Shown in pieces: positions 1 to 10,202 of a DNA stretch of 64,000 nt. Positions within the stretch are counted from its first letter, which is position 1. Every line of letters starts with the position of its first letter. Made by a program: the position numbers and the translations under genes. The stretch comes from an uncultured Gammaproteobacteria bacterium (GTDB taxonomy: Bacteria; Patescibacteriota; Microgenomatia; Levybacterales; GWA1-39-11): contig CAYRKM010000001.1 of NCBI GenBank assembly GCA_964425075.1, positions 523,060 through 587,059 on the forward strand, given 5' to 3'. A model generated the notes under the pieces. The model made no database searches. It was not told the DNA's origin and worked only from the letters and a program-made list of their open reading frames with translations.

Positions 1-545
1 TCTTCCTTGGATAATTTTTTAATTTCATATTCATTTCCATCAGCCAAAATTACTTTTAATTCAGTTACAAAATTTTCTGTTTTTCCATATTGGAGAGTCA
101 TTTCCCCACCTGCATTATTTGCAACTATCCCACCAACTGTACAAAGTTTCCATGAAGAAGGGAAGGGTGGATATTTTAAATCATGTTTATCAAGTGCTTC
201 TGCTAAATATCTATAATAAAGCCCCGGTTCCACAACTGCATAGTCCTCCCCGATGTGCTTTATCTTATTTAGCTTGTCAGTTTGAATTAAAATTGATTGC
301 GTTAGGCTTCCCCCGCTCATGCACGTTCCACCTGCTCTTACTGCAACAGATAAATTAGGGAAATTGTTTTTGTTTTTTCTAACGAAATCCACGATTTCGC
401 AAATTTCCTTAGCATTTTTTGGAATCGCAATAACCATTGGTGTCATTTCGAAAACAGACGCGTCACGAGAATATTTTTTTCTTAACGAAATGTCATCCGT
501 TATTTCACACGTGGTAGATTGCTTTAGAGCAGTAAGTAGATCCAT
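1..545 (-). CDS. FAD-binding oxidoreductase (GlcD/D-lactate dehydrogenase FAD-linked family), partial, runs off window start
   Basis: Not in the ORF track; translated by hand from ATG at 545: MDLLTALKQ...YSRDASVFEMTP...VRAGGTCMSGGS...VEPG...CTVGGIVANNAGG...YGKTENFVTELKVILADG, the PCMH-type FAD-binding motifs; open to position 1. Confidence 0.88.
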   Translation of the reverse strand, partial: MDLLTALKQSTTCEITDDISLRKKYSRDASVFEMTPMVIAIPKNAKEICEIVDFVRKNKNNFPNLSVAVRAGGTCMSGGSLTQSILIQTDKLNKIKHIGEDYAVVEPGLYYRYLAEALDKHDLKYPPFPSSWKLCTVGGIVANNAGGEMTLQYGKTENFVTELKVILADGNEYEIKKLSKE

Positions 546-549
546 TGAA

Positions 550-1539
550 TTATTTGCGGGCTATGACTTTTTTGACAGCTTCTTTAATGGAAGTAGAATC
601 CATTTTGTATTTTGTCAAAAGCTCATTTATTTTTCCTGATTCTCCGAAAGTATTTTGCATTCCTACAAATTCCATTGGAGTAGGATGGTTTTTCGCTAAC
701 ACTTCAGCAATGGCGCTTCCCAAACCCCCATCAACCTGGTGGTCTTCAACGCTTACTATTGCACCTGTTTGCTTTGCTTGTTCTACTATTGTTTCAGCGT
801 CGATTGGTTTTACTGTATGGATATTTGTAACAAGTGTTTGTATTCCTTCCTTCTCTAATTCATAGGCTGCAACTAATGCATGATATAACATGTAACCAGT
901 GGCAAAAATTACAGCTTGCGGGGATTCACTTGTCCAAAAAGTTTGGGCTTTTCCAAATTCAAATGGAGTTTCTGTAGTAGTTAGAACGGGAGTGTTATCG
1001 CGAGTTAATCGAATATAAAATGGACCATAGTTTTGCCCAGAATAAACCGTTGCTTTCATGGCTTGAATTGAGTCACATGGAACAACTACCCTCATTTTTG
1101 GCCAGGAGCGAGTGATTGCAAGATCCTCAGTTGCTTGATGGGTTGCTCCATCAGGTCCAGTCATAAGTCCTGCATGATGTCCTGCAATTTTTACATCGGC
1201 ATTATTGTAGACAATTGTTGTTCTAATAGTCTCTAAATTTTTCCCAGGGGAAAAGGTGGCGTAGGAGGATATAAATGCTGTTTTGCCAGTTACTCCAAGT
1301 CCAGCAGCAACTGCAGCCATATTTTGTTCGGCAACTCCCATTTCAAAAAATCTATCAGGATATTTTTCAGCAAATTTATTAACTTTCGTACTTTCTGAAA
1401 GATCAGCGGTAAGAACTACGACATTTGGGTTTTCTTCTCCCAACACAACTAGTCCATCTCCGTATCCAGTGCGTGTTGCAATTTTCTCAACATCCTCTGA
1501 AAATATTTTGTCATTTAGTTTTAGATCTTTATTCAACAT
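550..1539 (-). CDS. Transketolase, C-terminal (pyrimidine-binding) subunit
   Basis: LTADLSES, EMGVAEQNM, DGATHQATED, VEDHQVDGGLGSAIAE motifs. Confidence 0.95.
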   Translation of the reverse strand: MLNKDLKLNDKIFSEDVEKIATRTGYGDGLVVLGEENPNVVVLTADLSESTKVNKFAEKYPDRFFEMGVAEQNMAAVAAGLGVTGKTAFISSYATFSPGKNLETIRTTIVYNNADVKIAGHHAGLMTGPDGATHQATEDLAITRSWPKMRVVVPCDSIQAMKATVYSGQNYGPFYIRLTRDNTPVLTTTETPFEFGKAQTFWTSESPQAVIFATGYMLYHALVAAYELEKEGIQTLVTNIHTVKPIDAETIVEQAKQTGAIVSVEDHQVDGGLGSAIAEVLAKNHPTPMEFVGMQNTFGESGKINELLTKYKMDSTSIKEAVKKVIARK

Positions 1540-1578
1540 ATTTTTAACTATTCCTATTCCTAATAACCAGCAACTGAT

Positions 1579-2442
1579 CTATTGGTGTTCGCTTTCTATT
1601 TTTCCCTGTAAAGTTCTAAGTTCTGATAATGCTTTTTTTGCTTCCTCTTGGTTTGGTGGTTTGCCATGCCAGGTGTAATCGTTTTCCATGAAGTCTACTC
1701 CAAGACCAGGGATAGTATGGGCGATAATTACGGTTGGTTTTTCATGAATTGCACGAGCCTCTCTTATGGCATTTACAAACATCTCAATATTGTTTCCATC
1801 AATTTCTAGAACCTTCCAATTAAATGATTCATATTTATATCCCAATGTTTCAAGTGGCATGACATTTTCTGTGGTTCCGTCAATTTGAATATTATTCCTG
1901 TCAATTACGACTGTTAAATTATCGAGCTTAAATTTCGCAGCTGACATTACTGCCTCCCAAGTGTTTCCTTCTTGATGTTCACCATCTGAAGTAAGGCAAT
2001 AAATGTGGTTTTTCTTTTTATCTAATTTTAGAGCCAATGCCATTCCAACAGCTTGAGAAAGTCCTTCTCCCAGGGGGCCTGACGTATTTTCAATTCCCGG
2101 AAGTGTTCCTCTGTGTGGATGACCTTGAAGACGGGAATTTATTTTTCGTAAAGTTTTAAGTTCTTCAACTGGGAAATATCCGGCCTTTGCCATGGTTGTG
2201 TAGAGTACTGGACAAATATGTCCATTTGAAAGAACAAGTCTGTCTCTCTCGCTCCAATCCGGATTTTTTGGATCATGATTTAAGACGTGAAAGTAAAGAG
2301 CCGTAAAAATATCTGCCATACCCAATGGGCCTGCAGAATGGCCACTTCCTGCCTCTAAAAGCGTTTGGATTATCAACTGTCTTATTTCAACAGCAATTTC
2401 CTTTAATTCTTGTTCTTTTTCTGGTGTTAGGTCTTCTATCAC
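1579..2442 (-). CDS. Transketolase, N-terminal (TPP-binding) subunit
   Basis: SGHSAG, DRLVLSNGH, LQGHP, SDGEHQEGNTWEA...DRNNIQIDG TPP motif. Confidence 0.95.
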   Translation of the reverse strand: MIEDLTPEKEQELKEIAVEIRQLIIQTLLEAGSGHSAGPLGMADIFTALYFHVLNHDPKNPDWSERDRLVLSNGHICPVLYTTMAKAGYFPVEELKTLRKINSRLQGHPHRGTLPGIENTSGPLGEGLSQAVGMALALKLDKKKNHIYCLTSDGEHQEGNTWEAVMSAAKFKLDNLTVVIDRNNIQIDGTTENVMPLETLGYKYESFNWKVLEIDGNNIEMFVNAIREARAIHEKPTVIIAHTIPGLGVDFMENDYTWHGKPPNQEEAKKALSELRTLQGKIESEHQ

Positions 2443-2524
2443 AATCTAATCATAACTGTTTTAGCTCGCTAACTTCAAGTAAAATTGTTGTAATGATGAT
2501 AGTGTCATAGTAACCTTATTACAT

Positions 2525-5500
2525 ATGCCTGAAGGTGCAGATATTGATATACAACAACCTAATCAAGACAGACCTTTGACTCGACCAAAAGATGACACAT
2601 CGCAGGTTGAAGTATCAAAACCTGCTGAAGATTTAATAGAGAGAATTAAAGAGGGAATGAAGGGACCAAACCCAGACCCAAAGGCAGTATTGAAAGATAT
2701 TGCAGATTCAAAACAGGACCCCCAACAAGTTGATGAAGAGCTTGAAACTGATGACAGTGTTCTGCCGGATGAAATTCAGGTTGATGATCCAATTTCTCCA
2801 GAACACCTGGATTCTCAGGATGTGCCACAAGAAGCATTAGTAAGTGAAGGGGAAGTGATTGATCGCGAATTTCAAAAACTTAAAGAAGCAGTATTGACCA
2901 GAAAAGGCAATAGAGGAAGCGGGGAATCAAATGATGCGGAAGGTGAAGAAAAAACATCACTTCTTAAAAAAGTAAGAGAAAAACTAGCGCAGTTAGATCA
3001 AGGTTCTTCTCAAATGAGCGACAGAGAAATAAGGTCCTTAGCTAAGAAAGCCGGAGTAGATAACTTGGAAAGATTGAAATCTCTAACACAAATTTTCAAG
3101 ATCGATCGAAATCTGATCGTTGAAGAAGAACAGTTAAATGCTCTCAGAGAACTCGCAAATTCCGAAGTAGATCCTCTGCCAGTTTTTGAAGCTCTAAGTA
3201 CTGTTGGTTTAGAATTCCGACCTCGCATAGATAGCGAATCTGGAGGGGTAGAGTCTGTGCTGAGATTGCTTAAAGCCCCTCATTTAGACGAGGCTCTAGC
3301 CGTGCTTAATGGAATTAGTGATAGTGCTCCAGGGTATAGGATGTATAGATGGGACTCTAGTGGGCAGACTGAGTTAGAAAGCCTTCTGGCATTAGCAGAA
3401 TCTGATTATGTGCCTGAATATAGTGTGGATTTTTATGAAAAAGTTAGCACTGTATCCGCGGCAATTAGAAGAGATATTAAAATAGATGATTTGCCAAAAT
3501 TTGAACCTGTTTTTAATAATCCAGGAAAATTTAATTTTCTTCTGACAGCTTTGAATAATGGTTATGTTCCCGTTGGGGACGAAGTTTTCAAATCCCTTGA
3601 TGAGCTAGATAGCGCAGGACTAATCGAACCCCTAACCATTCTTCTGCAATCAAAAATTTCTGTTGGAGAAATTTTTGCTGGTACGGGAAATAGGGAAGGC
3701 GAGCAAACCCAAGCGGATGTTAATAGGAGTCTTTTAGAATTTGTGCATAACCCGAGTGTGCAAGACCTGCTATCTAATTCAGAAAAACAGGAATTTGCAA
3801 GAAGACTTAGTGAATTATCAAAAGGAAAAGAAATTGAAGTAGGACAAGTAGATGAGTTTTTTGATAAAAGAGAACAAATTGAAGGGCTTTATGACCTCAT
3901 ATTTAAAGGACGTGATATTGGTGATAGAGAGTATGTGTTTGACAAAGGACCATTTTCTACAATTGTTGACCTGTTTCAGAATAAAACTCGAGTTGAATTA
4001 TTTTTAGCTCCAGAATTTCAGGAATTTGTAAAAAATCTTGATTCGAGTCCTGATTTCAAACTTCAGCCAGGAGACTTTTTTCTGCAGCAGCATTTTAATG
4101 AGTACGATATGAGAATTTATGGAGATGATAGCTTGTTGCTGGGACTTTTCTATGCCCGAAACGTAATTGATTATTTAGGACAGGATTCTCTCGTGGATAT
4201 TATTCAAAACAGTAGGTCTCAGGCCAGCTCTGAGTTGCGTTTTGAAGCGAGGGAAAAAGTAAATAAATATGTCAAAATGATTGGATTTGATAGATATGTA
4301 ACTTTGCTAAAGGAAAATAGTATTTCAGTTCCTAATGATGCGGATGGAGAGCAGTGGTTAAGAAATGTGAAAAATATGCGCTTGTTGAAAGCAGATATTG
4401 TTGATGGTTTGTCTCCTGAAATGAAAAAAAGATGGATAGAGGCCGTGCTTAATATCCCCATAGAATTTCAAAATTACACAAGTGTTCCTTTCGATCGTGA
4501 ATCAGATCGTTTTGACGTTGACATTAAGACTTTCAATAAGATTATTGAATTGAGTAATATAATCTCCTCGAGTGATTTTTTCTCAACTTTGATTGAGAAA
4601 AGTAACGTTACCTTAAGTGTTGACTTGCTTCAAATTGATCCTGAAATCCTGAGGCAAATTCCAGCAAGATTTCAATGGTTAGATGATGGGGAAAATTCAG
4701 GTTTGGCGGCTTTCATTCTTAATAATTCGTTACTATTTATGCAAAGTGAAGAAGATTTGAGTTTTATAAATCAAGTGGTCGAATTGGCAGGGCAAAATTC
4801 TCTAAGCATTCTTACGGATTATAAAAAGTATATTGAGCAAGGAATTATTACTCCTGATGATAAATCCCTCTTCGTAGATTTCGCCCATATATTTGTAGAC
4901 CCTCAATCTTCACGAGACATTGCTTTGAGAAGAGGTTACAAAATGATGGGAGATTATTTGACTATCGATTCGTATAGGTTCTTAAGAGAGGTTGTGAATG
5001 GATCTGTTGATGATCAAGTGCTTCAAAGCCTTGGAATAACTCAAAAAGGAGAAGAAGGATTAGCTCAATTAGAGAGTATTATGCATGGATTTGTATTGGG
5101 GTTGGAAAGCGGTAATTCAGATCTTTCTCTACTTGACCATAAAATTTTTTCTGATTTCATTAAATCATATGTTAGATATGAGTCTTCGCAGTGGGGGGAC
5201 CATAGCTCTGACAACTTTAGCAGGATAATTCAAACGGCACAAAGATTAAAAGAAACACAGCCGGGAATTTTGGACTCAAGTTTACCATCAAGTGGAATAC
5301 AGGATATAGCCAAACTTGAGAGAACTCATACTAGTGAATCTACTTTTACGGAACCATTTATGTCCCGCTATGGAACACTAAGAGACAACATACAAAAGGC
5401 CCTTGATGCAATTAGCCAACCTAGAGCTTTTTCCAGTCTTGCAAGAAACATAAAGATACAAATAGACGAGCAGATTATTATGCTTGAATCAGATTTGGAA

Positions 5501-6400
5501 AAAAACAGAGACAAGTCTCAAGCCCAGGCACACATACAGAAGAGAATTGAGAGACTTAAAACAGTTGATCCAGGCGACCTGAAGTCGTTCCAAGCAAATT
5601 TCGCGGCTCTTGCGCAGGAAAAGGTATTTAGTGATCTTCTCATGCAATCGGTTTTTGCATATACACTCCAGAAATTCCCAGAACAGAGAGAAAGAATGGC
5701 ACGGGTTATAGGCAAAGAAACTCCTGATGTGGATAGTATTAGCGCGATTTTAGATTTCACCGAACACATGACTACAAAGGAAGCATGGAAATCTTATTTT
5801 ACGGATAAAAATGCGAAACGTGCTTTTCAAAGTATTCTTGATACAAAAGAAATCAACGACGGATTAACCCGACTCATGGAAGAAGGAAGTAAAACTAGAA
5901 ATTATACCCCTGTTGAATTTGTCCCCACAAGAGGAATTTTGATGGAATTTTCTGGTTATATCGCCGATGCATGTTGGGCATCTAGATACGAAAGCTCTGC
6001 CGAGCAGTTTCCTAATATAACGGCAGTAATAATGCAAGATGTATCAAAAGAGGTTCCCAAACTCTTAGGCTCATCTCTTCTCATAGAAACGACCTCAACA
6101 GATGGAGTTCCACTCCTGATTATTAGAGGATTAAATCCTCTTGAGTCATATATAAACCATGTAGATATTCCTGATTTTTATGGTAAATTTACAGACTATG
6201 TAAAACGTGTTGCTGAAAGCCAGGGAAGAAGGGCTGCAATAGTTATTGATAATCATTCAGGTGGATCATCAACAAATAGACCTCTTCTCTTCAGTTATTT
6301 AACAGAGAAAAAGAGGGAGTTATCGCCTATTGTAGTTCCTTCAGAAGACACTACATTTAATGGTTACAATATCTCCCAGAATACGTATTTGTTAAATTAA
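2525..6400 (+). CDS. Large hypothetical protein (1291 aa) with acidic disordered N-terminus
   Basis: Long uninterrupted ORF; no family motif recognised; C-terminal ~160 aa look globular (SGYIADACWAS, LIIRGLNP, GGSSTNRP). Confidence 0.85.
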   Translation: MPEGADIDIQQPNQDRPLTRPKDDTSQVEVSKPAEDLIERIKEGMKGPNPDPKAVLKDIADSKQDPQQVDEELETDDSVLPDEIQVDDPISPEHLDSQDVPQEALVSEGEVIDREFQKLKEAVLTRKGNRGSGESNDAEGEEKTSLLKKVREKLAQLDQGSSQMSDREIRSLAKKAGVDNLERLKSLTQIFKIDRNLIVEEEQLNALRELANSEVDPLPVFEALSTVGLEFRPRIDSESGGVESVLRLLKAPHLDEALAVLNGISDSAPGYRMYRWDSSGQTELESLLALAESDYVPEYSVDFYEKVSTVSAAIRRDIKIDDLPKFEPVFNNPGKFNFLLTALNNGYVPVGDEVFKSLDELDSAGLIEPLTILLQSKISVGEIFAGTGNREGEQTQADVNRSLLEFVHNPSVQDLLSNSEKQEFARRLSELSKGKEIEVGQVDEFFDKREQIEGLYDLIFKGRDIGDREYVFDKGPFSTIVDLFQNKTRVELFLAPEFQEFVKNLDSSPDFKLQPGDFFLQQHFNEYDMRIYGDDSLLLGLFYARNVIDYLGQDSLVDIIQNSRSQASSELRFEAREKVNKYVKMIGFDRYVTLLKENSISVPNDADGEQWLRNVKNMRLLKADIVDGLSPEMKKRWIEAVLNIPIEFQNYTSVPFDRESDRFDVDIKTFNKIIELSNIISSSDFFSTLIEKSNVTLSVDLLQIDPEILRQIPARFQWLDDGENSGLAAFILNNSLLFMQSEEDLSFINQVVELAGQNSLSILTDYKKYIEQGIITPDDKSLFVDFAHIFVDPQSSRDIALRRGYKMMGDYLTIDSYRFLREVVNGSVDDQVLQSLGITQKGEEGLAQLESIMHGFVLGLESGNSDLSLLDHKIFSDFIKSYVRYESSQWGDHSSDNFSRIIQTAQRLKETQPGILDSSLPSSGIQDIAKLERTHTSESTFTEPFMSRYGTLRDNIQKALDAISQPRAFSSLARNIKIQIDEQIIMLESDLEKNRDKSQAQAHIQKRIERLKTVDPGDLKSFQANFAALAQEKVFSDLLMQSVFAYTLQKFPEQRERMARVIGKETPDVDSISAILDFTEHMTTKEAWKSYFTDKNAKRAFQSILDTKEINDGLTRLMEEGSKTRNYTPVEFVPTRGILMEFSGYIADACWASRYESSAEQFPNITAVIMQDVSKEVPKLLGSSLLIETTSTDGVPLLIIRGLNPLESYINHVDIPDFYGKFTDYVKRVAESQGRRAAIVIDNHSGGSSTNRPLLFSYLTEKKRELSPIVVPSEDTTFNGYNISQNTYLLN

Positions 6401-6557
6401 CAGAGTGTACTTTATTGCATTTTAATTTTTCAAAAGATTAGTGAATTAACAAGGCAGGAAAAAGTTTTTTTACAGAAAAAGGTATTTTCATATAGTTCTA
6501 AATATATGCCTGCTATGGATAGCGGAGGAGAAGATGTTAAGCATGAACTTATGATTC

Positions 6558-7823
6558 TTAATATTCGTAAACCAAAATTAAGTCGGCTACATTTGAAGGT
6601 AGGCGGTCGGTGATGATTGCGTCACCAGATTTCTCAAAAAACTCAAAGCTGTTATTGGATTTAAGAAATTCATCAGGATTTAGACTGTTTTCACTTGCAT
6701 GCTGAAGTGTAATTTTATCAGCTATTGCGCCAGCGTGTTCCGAATTATCCCAGCCATCTGAGTCAATTGAAACAAATATTTCATTATCACCAAGATTTGT
6801 AAGACTTCCCAAAGCTGCTTCCTGGTTTCTTCCCCCTTTTCCATTTCCATGGACAGTTACAGTTGTTTCTCCTCCGGCAAGAATGATGCCTGACTGATTT
6901 TCATTTTTCAGTTTTTCATAAGCCTTTATTGCCTCACTTTCAAACTTGTCGCTTACTATATTTGCAGACAATCCTTTCTCCTCGCATTTTGTCTTCATTG
7001 CGTTTAGTGCCGTAAGATTTGAGAGGACAATAATATTTTTTACCTTCTCAAAGTACTTGTCGTCACTTGGATTGTTGATAAACATATCGGCCGTTACATT
7101 CGGTATCTGAAATTTATGCACCAAAGCAAGCGCATCATCAATTGTGGTGCTGTCTTTTACGGTTGGGCCAGATGCAATGTAGGAAATGTCATTTCCTGGA
7201 ACATCTGAGTAAATAAGTGAAACAATAGTTGCGGGATACAGGATTTGTGCAAGCCCTCCACCCTTAACGTCTGATAAGTGTTGACGAATTTTGTTCATTT
7301 CAATTATTGTGGCACCCGACCTTAACAAAGCCTTCTCAATTTCAATTTTCTGCTCAATTGAAACACTGTGTGGATGCTCAAGCATAGCGCTTCCTCCGCC
7401 ACACACAACTACAAGAACCAAATCCTTTTCTGTCATTGTCGAAAATCTGTCCATCAGAGAAAAAGTAAAGTCTACATTTTGCTGTGATATAACCGGATGT
7501 GTACCTTCGGTGAATTTAATTGTTCCAAATTCTTCGCCCTTAGTATCAATTACATATCCCTCCGTCAGCCTATCTCCCAATAGATCCTCAAGAAGTTTAG
7601 AATTTCTTGCACTTCCTTTTCCAAAGCCAATAAGATATATATGTTCGTAAGTACTTAAATCGTAGGTTTGATCAAGAATAGATAAAATAGTCCCCTCAAG
7701 TTTTATAGTTTTGCTAAAATTTTCCTCAGGTTGAATTGAAGCAAGTCCAGTTTCAATTATTTCAAGAAGAGTAGCTCTTTCTGGTGTTACGGCAAGATTT
7801 TGTAGGTTTTTAATTAACCCCAT
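6558..7823 (-). CDS. Glycerate 2-kinase (MOFRL/TtuD family)
   Basis: IGFGKGS, CGGGSAM, LSDVKGGGL, SDVPGND..IASGPT, GGETTVTV.GNGKGGRNQE. Confidence 0.92.
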   Translation of the reverse strand: MGLIKNLQNLAVTPERATLLEIIETGLASIQPEENFSKTIKLEGTILSILDQTYDLSTYEHIYLIGFGKGSARNSKLLEDLLGDRLTEGYVIDTKGEEFGTIKFTEGTHPVISQQNVDFTFSLMDRFSTMTEKDLVLVVVCGGGSAMLEHPHSVSIEQKIEIEKALLRSGATIIEMNKIRQHLSDVKGGGLAQILYPATIVSLIYSDVPGNDISYIASGPTVKDSTTIDDALALVHKFQIPNVTADMFINNPSDDKYFEKVKNIIVLSNLTALNAMKTKCEEKGLSANIVSDKFESEAIKAYEKLKNENQSGIILAGGETTVTVHGNGKGGRNQEAALGSLTNLGDNEIFVSIDSDGWDNSEHAGAIADKITLQHASENSLNPDEFLKSNNSFEFFEKSGDAIITDRLPSNVADLILVYEY

Positions 7824-7922
7824 ATATATTAAGTGTAGAGAATTTAAAGATTTATTGCCAGTTGAGACTTGTGCCTTCTTTTTTAGATTGACTTATAAAT
7901 TAGGTTTTGTAATGATTGAGTT

Positions 7923-8579
7923 ATGCAAGGGGAAAATCAAATTCAAGAGCCTATTGAAGCTCCACCTGATCCGAGTGAAACCGTAAATCCCTCAAAGAAA
8001 GAAAAATTTGATAAGTGGGTGCTTATAGGAATTCTTGCTATACCTGTGGGTTTGATGGTCATTTTTGGAGGGTTTTTTGCATATGGCTATTTCAATTCTT
8101 TTAAGACAAAGCCAAAACAAGCACAAGTTGTCCAAAGAGTCTCGCCTACTTTAAATCCTACTGCAACACCTACAGCAACTCTTACGCCTTCGCTTACGAA
8201 TGGACTAATAAAAGCAGTAATAACACCTACTAAATCAGCGACAACAGGGATGGTGACTGTTTATTTCTATCAGTGGAAAATGAATACAGGTTCCTCGCCA
8301 TGGACAAAAATTCCCATAACCGATAGTAATATTGGAGTACATGTCACCAAAGATGGTGTACAAACAAATTATGTCGGCAATCCACCTTCATGGACTTCTC
8401 CTCCTCTTGCGCCGGGAGACTATAATGTTTCTATGGATGAACCAACAAACCATCCACTAAGAGCAGATGGTTGTACTGGAAATGATGATTGTGCCGCCTC
8501 CTCCATTGGATGTAGTCGAAAGTTTCCTTTAAAAGCAGGTGAACATGTCATAATTTCTTGCTGGTATGACAACTATTAA
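7923..8579 (+). CDS. Hypothetical membrane-anchored surface protein (TM helix, Pro/Thr linker, Cys-containing extracellular domain)
   Basis: Hydrophobic stretch aa ~32-57, PTATPTAT linker, four C-terminal Cys. Confidence 0.75.
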   Translation: MQGENQIQEPIEAPPDPSETVNPSKKEKFDKWVLIGILAIPVGLMVIFGGFFAYGYFNSFKTKPKQAQVVQRVSPTLNPTATPTATLTPSLTNGLIKAVITPTKSATTGMVTVYFYQWKMNTGSSPWTKIPITDSNIGVHVTKDGVQTNYVGNPPSWTSPPLAPGDYNVSMDEPTNHPLRADGCTGNDDCAASSIGCSRKFPLKAGEHVIISCWYDNY

Positions 8580-8946
8580 AAAAAGCTCGGGATTTGAATT
8601 GATAAGGTTTAAGATTTATATCCTTTCATTGTTTCTTATTCCTGCCCTGTTTTTGTATAGAGGAGTATATGACTTTTATCACAAATCTGCTGTGTGGGGA
8701 AATTACCCATGCAGACATAATTGTGGCGACTCTAATCATATTGGCGGAGGCTTAAATGAGGGTATCTCTTACGTAGGAATTGCTATTTTACTTCTTATTC
8801 CATTGTTCGCTCTTTTAATTTTTGCAACTAATCGTAAACCAATTAAAATTAAATACATTCTTATCGACTATTATCTAGCATTAATTTCAATTGCTTTATT
8901 TTTCTTCCTGCAATACATCATTAGTTCTTCAATAAATCCATGGTAA
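8566..8946 (+). CDS. Hypothetical membrane protein (3 TM)
   Basis: Three hydrophobic segments; overlaps the upstream gene as in an operon. Confidence 0.65.
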   Translation: MTTIKKSSGFELIRFKIYILSLFLIPALFLYRGVYDFYHKSAVWGNYPCRHNCGDSNHIGGGLNEGISYVGIAILLLIPLFALLIFATNRKPIKIKYILIDYYLALISIALFFFLQYIISSSINPW

Positions 8947-9001
8947 AAGGGATTTCAAAAATGGGATTGATTATAATTAGGCGGTATGAAATTATATAGA
9001 T

Positions 9002-10039
9002 ATGATTGCCTCGTATAAAAAGAGAGCAAAATGGGGATTTATTATTTGGTTGGTTACTTTTTTAGTGCCAATTGCTTTGGTATTTTTCTTAATTTTACAA
9101 ATTATTCCACAAGCTGAGCAAGGACAACCTCTGTCTCTAGATTTCATTTCCAGTCCCGCCTTTAAGATCATTAGTCTTCTGTATTACATTGCAATTCCCG
9201 TATCTATATATGCCCTATATAACTATGCAAAAGCAAAAGGATACTCAGGGTTTTTTGCCCTGTTGGGAATTTTGGGTGCTTTGGGTTTTATTATCATGGC
9301 TTCATTAAAGGATAAAACAAATCCCGCTACAAAAAATAAAAGCAATAAATTAGTATTTTGGATTGTAGGTATTTCCCTTTTCTTTATAATAGCCGGTCAA
9401 GTTGCGAATTTTCTTATTGATAAAATTAACCCACTTGCTCAACTTAGTAAGGCAGAAGTTGTCAGATGTTCTCATGCATGCAACGAAAAAGGTGATAATT
9501 CGAATGCATGCATCGTGTCTTGTGTTAATACTCAAGTGAGTGATACCACCTGTACTACCCAATGCAAAGATTCCAATGATATAACCGTATGTCTTAAAGA
9601 TTGTTTTGCAAGTACAAATGCTGTATGGAAAGAATACGCAGACCCACAAGGAAAGTTCAAGATATTATTTCCATCAACTCCGGTTCAAAAAACGTCAAAG
9701 GATGGAAAATACGAAAGCGTTGCTCTTATCGGCACTGATAAAGAGTTTGCTTTCTCTTTAATTTATGAAGACGTCGATTTTTTACCTGATTCAACCACTC
9801 TTGAGAAGATCCCACCCTTACGAGCAGAGAAGGTAAAGGGGGAGGTTATAAGTTATCAATTAAGTACGTTCAATTCATACCCGTCAATTAACTTCAAAAT
9901 AAAAACAAAGGATTATTACTATCAATCAACAGCAGTTGTAGTAGGTGAGAGAATATACGTATTAGCAACTATAGGCAAAACAGTATCTTCAGTGAACTTT
10001 AATAAATTTTTAAATTCATTTCAAGTGATTCAGCCCTAA
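9002..10039 (+). CDS. Hypothetical membrane protein: 4 TM, twin CX3C repeats, PsbP-like C-terminal domain
   Basis: Four hydrophobic segments; 8 Cys in two repeats; WKEY.DPQGKFKILFP start typical of PsbP-like domains. Confidence 0.7.
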   Translation: MIASYKKRAKWGFIIWLVTFLVPIALVFFLILQIIPQAEQGQPLSLDFISSPAFKIISLLYYIAIPVSIYALYNYAKAKGYSGFFALLGILGALGFIIMASLKDKTNPATKNKSNKLVFWIVGISLFFIIAGQVANFLIDKINPLAQLSKAEVVRCSHACNEKGDNSNACIVSCVNTQVSDTTCTTQCKDSNDITVCLKDCFASTNAVWKEYADPQGKFKILFPSTPVQKTSKDGKYESVALIGTDKEFAFSLIYEDVDFLPDSTTLEKIPPLRAEKVKGEVISYQLSTFNSYPSINFKIKTKDYYYQSTAVVVGERIYVLATIGKTVSSVNFNKFLNSFQVIQP

Positions 10040-10202
10040 TCCTCCCCCCCTTTTTTTTGCTATACGTTGAGAAATAACGCTCTGATTGGTATAATAGGGT
10101 TGCAAAGCGGTACAAAAGCGTTAAAGCATATGAATACCAAATATTCACATCTTACTTCACGCCACAGCCTAATTATTTAGGAATATACCCCTTTGTCCAA
10201 AT

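Noticed and set aside
7-865. Plus-strand ORFs 7-216, 119-358, 319-639 and 545-865, and the many similar short antisense ORFs across the window
   Set aside because: They are shadows of well-supported genes on the opposite strand or in another frame and carry no motifs
6490-6612. TATAGT followed by ATGCCTGCTATGGATAGC, resembling the start of another gene
   Set aside because: Runs antisense into the glycerate kinase end after a few codons and stops after about 35; may be a stub but cannot be supported
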